A DNA stretch of 64,000 bases from Basidiobolus meristosporus CBS 931.73 (lineage: Eukaryota; Fungi; Basidiobolomycota), in assembly GCA_002104905.1 (NCBI GenBank), contig MCFE01000013.1, forward strand, positions 1-64,000, written 5' to 3'. How positions within the stretch are numbered: position 1 is the first letter of the stretch; each line of letters begins with the position of its first letter. Under the pieces are notes generated by a model, which worked only from the letters and a program-made list of their open reading frames with translations, was not told the DNA's origin and made no database searches. Shown piece by piece: positions 39,630-53,072 of this stretch. Position numbers and translations under genes: made by a program.

Positions 39630-42141
39630 TCAGGCCTTCAGCTCGTTCAACACCGTCATCACTAGCTTGGCACGGTGCGGAGCTCGGGTCATGATTAATA
39701 CCAACTCCTCCTCATGGGCCAAGAGGGCATTTCGCGCACTTTGTGCATGCGAGATATTGCGAAGCAAAAGACTGGTGATCAGTGGAATGCTACTAGACTC
39801 GGTAGCGCTAGGAGGAGGCTGTCTGACCGGAGTGTTTGCTACGGTCTGCGGCTGCTTTGAGGTAACTTTGGGCTTCGGGGCTCCAAGATGGGTTTTGATG
39901 TGTGCAAGGACAGTGTTGGGTGTGGGAGCAGGTTGATCGCTAAACCGAGTGCAGGTCATCCAATGACAAGACAAATCGGATGGGTCTACCAAATGGGTTT
40001 GTTCTATGTGGTTGAGAAGGTCTTCCTCCGAATTGAGAATATGCTGGCAATCGGTCCAGCGACACTGGGTCTTGTTGTGACCAGCATCTCCAGCGAGACC
40101 ACTGCTGATGGCGGCTTTCTGTTGTATGCCTTTGATGACGATGGTTTGGATGCCATCCTGTGTGGCGACGTTGGCAACTATGTTCGGGAAGGTCGAGGTC
40201 AATGCTTGCATGAACTCCATCACCTGAAGCAGCCCTGGTGTGTTCGGGCCAAAATACGTGACATAGGAGGTGTACATCTGCACTTGGGGAACAACAGAGG
40301 CCGGGTTAGGGATGAAGAAATGCCTTAACCTTTAGAAAGAGTCAGCGCCGAATGTCAAAATCCATGGGAATTAAATGCTGTTACCATTCTGATGTGCGCT
40401 GAGGCTCCGTTAACTTGGAAAAATCGGGAACAGCCGCCACGGTGGGTTCAAGGGATTCCGCATTTGCAGATTCGGAATCTGCATTGGGGGCCACAATGTG
40501 GTTGGTCGATGGTGCGGTTTGTAGCTGGGTTGGACGGTGTTGGCGAATCGTGATCTCGGGGTCCAGATTCCATGTCAGGCACTTGATCAATATGTTGATG
40601 GAACTTTTGGGCATGTGACGCACCAATTCGAGGGAGGTCTTACTGCTGAGGTTCGAATAGCAATACAAATATTCCATGACTGCCTCCACGAGCTCCTCAT
40701 CTTTGACCAGAAGAAGATCGAACATGCGCTGGATTAGCTTGTCGTCAACCACTGAGAGGATACTTTCATTGGCCTCGTTGAGAGCGAAGCGGGTCAATGA
40801 ATGAATACTGCCTAATATCAGGGCCTTGTCGGTCGTATAGAGCAAATGCTTCAGTGGCTTGATGAACCGAGCACTGCGGTTCTTCAGTAGAATGAACGGA
40901 GACAGATTCTCGAAAGTGTCCAAGCAGAGCTGTCGGAGCTCGATCTTTTTGCTGCTCGAGGGCAGCTCGATGCCTTTGGTCAGTACTTCCAGCAGAGCAT
41001 CGTGTGAGGCCAAACACTGCGCGTTGTGGCCCAAGAACGAAAGGTTGCGCGTGATGTGAGCGATCTGCAGTGACCTTTCCATCCAGATATCATTGGTGGT
41101 GGTGTTGAAGAAATCGTCAAAATTGGTTTGGTCAGCGTTCAGATTGAAATGAGAAAGCAACACATCTAAGAGACCGGGGATGCTGTCGATCCGGAACGTG
41201 TCGTCGCATCTATAGGAAAGGATGATGAGGTTATTGAAAGCCCAGTCAATTTCGTTTGGCAAGGTTGATTTCAGAGCCAAGAGGATTCTATTTTGCGGGC
41301 CAGGCTCGGTGTGAATCTCTGCGTCTACTGGTTACTACAATTCGCATTTTAACGGTATACACAATGGCAAATACCTTCGTTGGCGTATGCAGGCAAGGGG
41401 ACAGGGTAGGATGGTGTTTGTGTCGTCCCGTTCGGCAGTTGCATCGCTTCCAGTGGGTTCATCGCAGAAGGGTAGCCACGGCCACTCAGATCGACCATCT
41501 GCCTTTTAGGCTCGGGTAGGTATTGTGAGCCTGAGACACAATTGAGTATGGACATTGCTAAGGCGAGGCGAGCCTGTATTTTTCTTACCAGGTCGATGGT
41601 GATTCTTCGAAGGAGCTGGGCTCGAAGGGGTTCTTTCGCGTGGTGTGTGGGCTCTGGAAGATATCTGGGGACTTGGAATTGGCTGGCCCCAATACACCTC
41701 TTTCTCATACGCCTCCAAATACTTTGTGTACACCGATTTCATCATGTAGGCACTGTTGGTGCAAGTAGGCGGGAGGTTTAACGGGATCGTTAGATTTCTC
41801 CACCCTTTCTCTGCGGTAACCTAAGGATGAGGGAAATTAGAGGTCAGATACTAAGGTGTGGGTAACTTGACTGCGCAAATCATACCTTGTCATAACCTCC
41901 ACGTGCAACCACTGACTTGTATATCTCCAGCAAGTCGAGTTTCCGAGAACCAAGCACGGGCTCCCTCTGTAACAAAGTGCTAAAATAAGAGGCGACATTA
42001 ATCTCCGTCAAAACGGTTGTCACTCTTCAGTCGATTGCTGGCAATAGTATACCCTCTTTGTTTGTGAAATTTCTCTAGTTTCGCTATGAATTCCTCGTAT
42101 TCAGGAGTTCTGTTGATCGTGTCAATCAAATTTACCCTCAT
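39630..42141 (-). CDS. RSC9: RSC chromatin-remodelling subunit Rsc9/ARID2-like, 7 exons
   Basis: ARID (..EPVLGSRKLDLLEIYKSVVARGGYDK|V..KSVYTKYLEAYE), ALKSTLPNEIDWAFNNL, C2H2 CRWTDC..HIEQTH / CHWMTC..HIKTH, and LIASLLLRN-like end (LITSLLLRNI). Confidence 0.9.
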
Positions 42142-42702
42142 TTTCTTCTAGAGAACTCCAAGTTCTACCTGTGGAAAATATTGGAACGCGAAAACTGAAA
42201 AGTGCACAAAACACAATCTGTAGACGGAGTTGTTGTTGGGAGTTAATTTGGTTAAATCAGGGAATGCTAGACTTGATTGATTAGAAAGTGAGCAAGTTGG
42301 TTTAACCGCCGATGGATGTTAATGTCATGTATATTTGATGTTATCAAGATTGCGATTGTTCGATTCGTTACACACCGTGAAAAAGTACCATGACTGTGTT
42401 CGATTCCTTGAACTTCGAGTGATTATTATCAATCGCAGTAAGTTCTATACTCGTATTATACATTAACGGTATCTTCCTTCTACCCTTCATTCTATTTTGC
42501 ACCCCAATTTCCACAAATGATTTGATGGAAAATATAAACTCTTACAACGCTAGGAAGTGGTGAGACAGTTCTTTCTGCCATCTTCATTATTTGTAGAATA
42601 CAACTTGACGTACAACACGGTATCTAGACAAGAGGCATCACTCACGACCAGTTTGTTAAATTCGAAGATATCACTTGGTCATTCTGAGGGCAATCAATTA
42701 TT

Positions 42703-44742
42703 ATGTTGGATCGACTGACTGATTTAGACGATCACGAGTTGGACGAACAGGCGGCCATATTCCTTCATGCGAAGAAGAGCAAGAAGTCAGTCGATATGTT
42801 TTATCTTCATTTCTTGGCTTATTGACCTAACCTTATCGTACAATAGAGATCCGCAGTCCCGTTTCATTTCCAAGGGACACCGTAAAAATCAGCATAGCGA
42901 CGCAGAGAGTCTTGTCACTTCCTTTGAGGATAAATCCGGTTTCAAATTCCGACCACTTGCGGAGCCTGCCACACACGCGGAGGACAAGAGGAGGACACTC
43001 AAAGGGAAATCCTCTTTGAATACATTTCAGCCCCGAGAGTTGAGCGTTGAAACTTCGGATAGTGCCTTAAATTCTCTACGAGCCCGCAGAAGCAATGAGG
43101 TAACCCTTCACTCAACTGTTCGCTGATGAGTAAAGTGTGTTTGGGGCTAACAATAACATACCCCATTTAGTCTGATATCCCCACCTCAAATAACTCTCGG
43201 ATCTCCAAGAAGCCTTCGAAGGCTTTCAGCAACTTGGGGGAAAGCAAACGGGCCAATAGGTTATTTTCATATACTAGTGATGGAGGGGGTAAGGTATATT
43301 GTTGCGCTATTGGGGCTGAAAGTGTTTGTCTAACATACCACCAATACCACCGCAGATTCCGAGGAAGAAGAATATTTCGTGTACCCCAAGCATCGCGCCT
43401 ATCGACGAAATTCCCCCAAGCGTACGAGTAGTAGCATCTCTCTAAACGAAGCTGTAGAAAAGCAAACTCGACTGCATTCTGGAGGAAGTGGAGCGTCGAA
43501 TAACCCATCCATGATCCACTCGCGTAAAAGCGAACTGAATAAGGTCCCATCTCCTAGGATCACCAGGTCGGAATACTATCAGCAAATGGGCTCGACTGAT
43601 CAAGAACGCCGGACAGACCGGTATTATTCGCATCAACATCAACCTAGCTACATCTCAGATACAGAGGATGATATAGAATACATTTCACAGCGGAGACATG
43701 ATAAACGTACTGGACGCTTGTTGACTGTCCCTAAAGGATCGAAACAACGTGAGGAATCACTTGGGCCTAGGTCTTTCAGACGTTCGAGGCAGCAAGACCC
43801 AGCATGGAACGGGGAATCGGAGGAGGACGAAGAAACACTGCCACTCTTCTGGAAAATGAACCCGGAGACCAAAAGGCGTAAAAGGTAGGCAATCTAGAGT
43901 CGCCTTGAATTCTTGCAAGCCGTATACAAATCTGGCATTCTAGGAAGACTAAGAAGGTCAACCCGATTTTTGGGACTCTTTCGGTTTTTGTCATTCTTGT
44001 TGCGCTATGCATTCTGTATTCCTACACGACAATCCCCCTGGACGATGTTAGTCCAATAAGCTTCACCAATATATTGGCCGCCGAGAAAGAGCTGGTATTT
44101 GACCTACATCTACGTGGCCACAATTGGAACATATGGCCGGTTGAGGTGACCACCATCGACATCGGAGTGTTCGCCACCGCAAAGAAGAAGAATGAGACCT
44201 CCGTTCCATCCAATTTCACACGTGTAGCGGCCACAGGTAGATCCCATGTTCGTTACCATGATTTGATGCGCTCGTACCAACCCTCATTCGGCAGGAACCA
44301 CGCCAGCCGAGTTTCTAGGAAACGTGGACCATTTGGACGAGCCCATCGTGTTCGCCTCTGGATGGGGTTTCCAGGAAACTGTATCCACGGTGATTGCGCA
44401 ATTTCGACTTCGAAATCCAGGCAGCCCCAACGAAGAGGGGGAAAACAAATGGTAGGCTCAATGCAGACTACATTTATCTGGTGGCACAACTAACAAAAGC
44501 CCTACAGGTACTCGATTCTGCGCAACCCTTACGATTTGACCGTTCGTGGCGTTCTCAAATACAAGCTCCTATTTCGCACACATGCAATCCGAATCTGCGC
44601 CATCCAAAGCTTAGACCCCACCGGGGACGGACTGAAGTACGAGTCGCTGGTGTTGTGCGACCGAGAGAATTGGGATCCACAGCAAGATGGTTACGTTAGG
44701 CGGACCATATCCTCCCCCAGCTCGTACCCCACTCCCTTGTAG
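42703..44742 (+). CDS. VAC7: Vacuolar segregation protein Vac7 (Fab1 activator), multi-exon; start codon tentative
   Basis: TM helix then NILAAEKELVFDLHLRGHNWNIWPVEVTTIDIGVFA and PYDLTVRGVLKYKL, matching the Vac7 luminal domain. Confidence 0.75.
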
Positions 44743-45054
44743 CTCTGATCTTTTCTACCCCATAAGCCTATCCCCATAGCATTCATTTCTTTTGCTGACA
44801 AATTTTGTTCCTTCAGCCTAAAGCCAGTCTTTGCTTCAAGCCATATTGAAGTCCAAAGAGTTGTCAATACCCTTACGATGTAATATAATCTATAAGACTG
44901 CCCTTGTATAACCAACGACCAGGGCAAGCTAACCCCTTATATTAAACTACCCACCTGTAACTTTGAAATATTTGTTTTGCTGCGTGCTTTACTTGTATAC
45001 ACACTGATAGTAGTATATTATTGAAATACATATGTGACATTTATGAACGAGCGG

Positions 45055-48000
45055 TTAGCCAGCCCGGATTCTAAATTTAGCACCACCGGCTGTCATGGTG
45101 GTGGCGGTGGTATTCGCGTCAACGTGATAATTCGGCCTGCCACTCGATGGATTAGTGGTGGCAGGATACTGACTCTTGTGTGGTCCCTTATGATACACTT
45201 GCGGGGTACTCGATGGTGGATTTCTTCCTCGGGAGTGGTTTGACGAAGGAGCAGCTGTTGGATTAGGGCGGAGCTTGTTGGATGTTGGGTATGAGGGCTG
45301 AGGGCGTAAGCACGTGGATGATTTACTGGGCATTTTCATCGGGTATTTCATGTGAACCGATGTCCGAAGCTCTGGTGATGTGGTGGAGGTGATTGGGGCC
45401 TGCAGACACTGGACAAGTTCATGCCCGGATAATATTGGCGAATGCGTGGAGTCCTCAGAAATGAGATGATTCTTCAATCTACGAATGATCATCTCCAGTT
45501 CGGAGTTCGTATGGTTGAATGTGTTTGCAAAGGTGGTGGTGATTTTCTCGAGCCAAACGGTGCGCTCCCCGGCCGACTCCACGCCAAACATGAATTTCTT
45601 ACGGGATTGTCCACTGCTATCTCCTGGAAAGCCGATCTGGAAAGTGTGTTGCATGAACGGGGGCTCGACTATCACAGTCCAGGCTGGGATACTGGAGTAT
45701 TTCCGACTTCTAGCACCGAGTTTGATGAACGTCATACACTTGCGTCCCAATGAGGTGGCCTTCACCGTAAACGTTAGGGAATTGGTGTAGGTGAAATCAA
45801 GCATCGGGGTATCGCAAACCAAGCCATCACCCACAGGCTTGATTCTTAGATCTCGGTCAGCTGCAGGAATCGTGATAGTAAGACGGGTTGAAGTACCGTC
45901 GATCACAAGATGGCAATCCAACGGGAATCTGGTCTCGATGGAAAGGGCCTGGTAGTCCCTGTCGTCCAGTGCGGTTTCCAACTTGTCCTGGCGGATAGAT
46001 TGAAATATCTCGATCAGGGTGCTTTCCGGGATATCGGAATTGGCATCCATCGCACGGAAACGCTCTATGAAATCAGGGAGATCCATCTTCACTTTCGTGG
46101 GGGATTTCCGGTTGTGCAGGTCGGCGTTGAGGGCCATCATAAAGAATGCCAATTTGATCGCCGTCTCAACATCGTACTTCACATATTGTGTGTTCGCACG
46201 ATGCCAACGTCTGGCAAATGCCCCAACCAGATAATCTATCACATTACCATCGCCAGGTAGCCGGAATGAGGCCAGGAAGACTCTTAGAGCATCGTCAATA
46301 CGTATACCAGCAAACTTGAACCGATCTAAATAGGAATTGAGGATGGTGTGATTGCTTGGCATCCCAAGAAACTTCCCTATCTGCTTCCGGCTAAGCTCAG
46401 GGGTTTTATGAAGGAAGGTGGAAATACTAAGTGGATCCGCACGAAGAGCACCTTTATCAATCATATACATGATGCCTTCGTACGGATTCACATTGAAACG
46501 GCGCACTGTGCTTGCGATGAGTGGATGCAACTCGCCCATTGGATTGCGGGACGAGGAAGGCGCCTTGCCGTCTTCTATAGCTTTTCTTCCCTGACGCTCC
46601 TTTTCTCGAGAGGCGGAGAAGCTAATACTGCTCAGATCGATAATATGCTTCACCATAAACCGCGAATTCAAGGTGTAGTTATGCGAGGCTTCTCTTGAGA
46701 CTGGTTTTGCAACCACCAGCAAGTCGTTCATCAATAGTAAGTATCGGTTTTTTACTGCGTTACTATTAATGATTTGCAAGGCAAACCCTTGATAGATGAC
46801 GCTCCGCGTTTCGTTCCAAGTGGGTTTTTCGATCTCTTTTGCTTTGTTAGGGCCTCTGGAAGGGTTTTCGGAGACCGGTATTGTGACGGCCGTTGATGAC
46901 TGCTGAATGGTCGAATCCTTCCCACCATCGTGTTCGTCATTTGCCAGTTGAGGAATAGGTTTGGTATTTTTGGTTGCATGAATTCCCTTTTTAGTTGAGC
47001 TGGCTTCTTTGGGTTTTGTGGATTGATCGGCATCAGCATCAACTTCGGTCGATTCTAAACTCACATTCAAATCCTGCTTACTACCATGCCCTGGAACCCT
47101 ACTTGCATCTGGTTTATCGCGCACTTTGTTGGAGGCGGGGGTGTTTTCCGGTTTATACAAAGCATGCTCGCTGGCCGAAGTTGGAGTGGTGCTAGCGACC
47201 TCACAGTTGACTGATTCTTCGGAAGAATTATGGTTACAAGAAACAATGCTTTCATCGGATGAAATGGATTCGACCGGAACGGATTGCTGCTGTAGGAGGC
47301 TCTTCCGAGTGACATTGGTATCAATATGAAGTAGCTGTGGTGCAATTCGCCTAGATTTCCGTCGTAGCGAATTAGATTGCCCAAGGATGGAGGGCTTTTT
47401 CTTCTTTAAATGTGGCAGTATTCCTTTGACTACTCCAGCCGACTCAATCATGCTGAAACGCTTTATGTAAGGTACGCTAATTCGTGAGTTATGGATTGAC
47501 TCCGTTTTGGTTTGAGTGCGAGAAGTTGAAGAATCAACGGGCGAATCCTGGTTTTTGTCAGCTATTATGACTGATGACTCGGTAGGTATTCCATCTTCCG
47601 GTGTGGCTGGTATGCTTTTACTGGCTTCGTTACCTTCCGACGAATCCCCAGGGATAGCACAAGGCTGTAGGATAGGAGAGTCAGAGTCAAGCTCGTTTTC
47701 GCGGAGCGAAGTACTGCCTGGTGGACTAGTGCTTCGAGGAGAAGCCGATAAATCTAATCCTTCTAGGGAGAATGGTAGATTTAACCTATCGGTGAGGGCA
47801 GTCAAAAAGAAGGAAGGTCCGATGTCCGAAGGAGAGAGGGGGGACGGTGAGCGCTCATCTTGATCTGGGATTGATTTCGTTGCGGAGAGGAACGGGGAAA
47901 GTAAAGGACTAGGAGGGATTGTAACTTCTACCGCACGATGATCGTCTTTTGATTCCTGTGGGTAAACGATTTGAGGAGGCGCTTCACTTGGCATGGGTTT

Positions 48001-49324
48001 ACCGGTTGATAACTGTTTTCGCTCAGCAATGTCTTCAACGATAACCGAACAAAGTTTCTCCTTGGTTAGCCGCATCTCTAGTGAAGAGCGGGTGTTGAAT
48101 TGTACTCGAGATGCTTTGATCTCTTTGCTCGGAGGAAACAAGCCTTGATATTCATCATTTCGAAGTGAAGAATCTGACACCAGTTGCTCCGGAACTGCTG
48201 GTTGGAATAAGGCGCGCGACTCACTTGGATTCTGGATCACGATTCTGCTCACCTTTGGCTTATGAAACTTGATGGCTCCTGATGAGAGCTTTCGAGTAAT
48301 GGAAGAAATTAGATCCAATGCATCCTCTGGTGTCGATGCTTCTCCGCTATCGGAGTAAACAAGACCTAGTGAAGACGTAGGTGTGTCTGCACCTTCCGTT
48401 TTCCAGCTTTTCATGATCCCCGAGATACGGTCTCTCTTTGGCTCCTGGGTCGCATTAAACTTTTGCGAGAAAAAGCCCAGGGGCCCCTCGGAGTAGACAG
48501 TATTTGGCTCTTTCTCCCGGTATGCGTGAGATGAATAGGTACGAAGTAACTCGGCATTTCTGGTGGCTCCATTAGAGATGGCATTGAATGAACGCGATCT
48601 TCGAGCCAATGGACGTTTCGACATTTTTATTCCCAAGCTAGCGCCCATAATATCATCATGTTCACCAAATGAGCTGTCCTCGATTTCTAGGTTCAGTGAA
48701 CAAGATCAACGTTAATAAACTAGAGCGCACACACAACTTTTCTTCAAACATGATCGAACCTTGAGGGGTCTCAACGGGCGATTGTACGCACGGTACTTGA
48801 TCAGCTTGATCCTCTTCGGGTTGTTCCGGAGGCTCCAGGAGTATCCCCGAATTTAGTTCCTCATTGAATGACCTGGACCTTCTAAGATGTTTCCTTCGAT
48901 AGCTCATTTCTTTCGTATGTGATGCCTCTTGAGTTTGATCTAACGGTATGGAAACATGTTCCAAAATGGCCTCAGTGTCATTCAAGGAAAGAGATCTCCG
49001 TAAAAGTTTACTCCTTTCTTTCCGCTGCTCTTGTTTATCAACTGGTCCCTTTCTCAGACCATGACTGGGAATTTTGTTAACTCGTATGGCTGCTGCACGT
49101 CTGAGTTTGTTAGAGGTTGGGCTTATTGGACTCTCTTTGCCCCTGTCTCTGACGTCTAGGAATCCAAAGCTCTCTGAAACCGAGTTCAGCAGACTACTGT
49201 CCGTCTGGATAGTAAGCCCCTTGAACCCAGAGGGCGGACTCTGGGTAGACTGTGCATTATCGGACGGGGTGGAGCTGTCCGCAAAGAAGATGGGTAACGA
49301 AGGTGGTAATATCGAGTCTTCCAT
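45055..49324 (-). CDS. Atypical Sec7-domain (Arf-GEF-like) protein with PH elements and long disordered N-terminus, 2 exons
   Basis: RFNVNPYEGI..LSRKQIGKFLG..IDDALRVFLASFRLPGD..LAFFMMALNADLH, plus a second ORF at 48662-49324 joined by a short intron. Confidence 0.85.
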
Positions 49325-50840
49325 ACATCCAAAATTTCCCGCTCACAAAACGAGGATGTCGCGGGGCTGATAGAAAAATGGCTTTTCGCTTGTAGAAGTA
49401 ACTGTTGAAGAGACAAAGTAAGTTGAATGGTTCGAATTTTGAGAAGGAGACCCTCGCTGTTTGGATACGAAGGTTCAACGGCTCAAGGGCTACTTGGACG
49501 TAATACTGTTTGCTTGGCGGGCTATTTTACAAATACACTTGGACACGAGGGGAAAGGTATAGTGTCACGAAAATACAGTTGGGATAGATATGGTAGTTGT
49601 ATAGGCTGACTGTGTGGCGTGCAAGCGGGACGGAGAATCTTCTAAGTTGGAATCAATAAAACCTTTGGAAATCTCAAGTTGCCTTGTCACCCAAACTGGT
49701 ATTGAAGTCTGAGAAGTGAAGAGAGGTTCGAAAAGGCTAAGGTACAGATTACTGCAACGAAAAGGGAGACAAGTGGTGAAAAATACTGTGGTGTTTCAAA
49801 GTTCCAGCGAAAAATGCAATCAATAAACCCGCCCAATTAGTGCGCTAAATATACAGTATATATTGAAGGGGTAGTATATGGAGGAAATATAAACAACTCA
49901 ATAATCCAATAATAATGTGGTATCCATTTGGTGAAAACAAATTACTTTGACCAGAAATAGAATGTCATGTAACAATTCATGTATCCCTATCATATCCCGC
50001 TTCAGGACTACCTCAGTGCCTACTCATTAGTGCGAAAAAGGGACTTGACTATACTGAATGTACGTTGAAGAAACATTCATATGTTCTCTGCAGCTCTGAT
50101 CTACACTTCCTTTTCATGCGAGTGACTTGTACATTAGTAATATTGTGCGACACCAAATAAGCTGCATCATTGGGATTGGAGCAGTCCACTGTAGTGTGAA
50201 ATGTCATCCTACAGGTTCACAACGTGCTGTCCATTCTCATTATTCTGTATATTGAAATTAAGCAATTTTCTTGTGCAAGCACTTGAACTCCTGGAGCATC
50301 AATGATATGACCTTATTGGGGACCGACATACATTTTGATATCTCGATCCTATGCTGCTTCATTGATTAAGGAGCTACTCGATAAATTCGATATAAACTAG
50401 GTCTCTGGCCTATCTCTTTCGATGTAGACGAAGCGATACCAGTCTGCTTGGCAGAAGTTGTTTGCTTGCCAATCCACCAGTAGAAACGCCATTTAGAAGG
50501 CAACGACTGATAAGGCGGTTGTAGCCTAATGGAAAAGATGCACTTTTATATCTCTAGTATGTTTTGTGAGCCACGGTAGACTGGAAAATACAAGCACCAC
50601 GTGGTTGAGACAGAAGACTCTCGAACCAGTTTCAAGTGTTGTTTGCCGTAGTCGTTGGCTCTTCTAGGCATCTATGATCAAGGACCACGTAAATCAATGC
50701 ACCTAGAATGTATGCTCAATGAAATGGCGAATTTATTCATATTTACGTGAAAGTGATTTAATTATGTGAACCGGAATTTTGTAATGTCCATAATGAATTA
50801 ATTGTTTGAAGAGGTAGAATATCCTTCACTCATAAGTTAT

Positions 50841-52265
<1,425 letters not shown>

Positions 52266-53072
52266 AAACCCTTCAAAACTTGAAACAGCTCGCCATCCTT
52301 ACCAAACTCCATTCGACAAAATCACGCAATCGTTGATCGATATCCGGCATTCGGATTGACAATTGCAACATTGGTCAAAGCTCGCAATTTTCCCAATGGA
52401 TGTCCGGGGTCATGGTTATCGCTAAAGTAAAGAGAAGGGTACCAAGGGCGAAGAAACTAACCTCTTGTATAATTCCAAGTAGCTACACGCGTCGAGATAA
52501 TCACAATATGGAGCATTTGCTCCAATAACTCAACTTGAGTCACAACATCATGGTCGGTTATCTTGCTCAACATCCTTATAGGGGATTTCCATTGGAGAAT
52601 CGTAGTACAAATATGCTTTTTGGAATCGAGGAGTGGTTGAGACCCAGTGGCTTGTACCCAAAATACATATGATCATCTGATATTCGTTATGATATCAAAT
52701 GAGGAATCAAAGCATCCCTTGATGTTCCTGATTGGACTTGAACACAAAGCGTTGGAAGATCACGCAGGAGTTCCATCCGAGTGGACAGTATTAACACCGA
52801 ACCTAACTCTCTTGCTCTAACGTTTATTTATTCCAGAAAATACACTGGGCCACTATTACCATCGGAATGGAAACAGGTTAAATTATTACATACACTCGAT
52901 GTAGATTATTTTATTCGTGGCAGATAACAAACGGAATGCGAATAATGAAAAAACCGACAAGAGAACGCAGACATGAAAAATCTACACTAGAAAAAATACA
53001 ACTGTGATATGGATTGTAGAAATGACAGTAGAAAAATTACCAATGTGCAAGAACTAATATTGATACATCTCT

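Noticed and set aside
42385-42415. GTTCGATTCC resembling a tRNA T-loop/B-box
   Set aside because: No cloverleaf or A-box could be built around it.
49600-50800. Transposon or ncRNA in the longer AT-rich intergenic gaps (also 56300-57500)
   Set aside because: No terminal repeats, target-site duplications, transposase/RT motifs or recognisable RNA structure seen.
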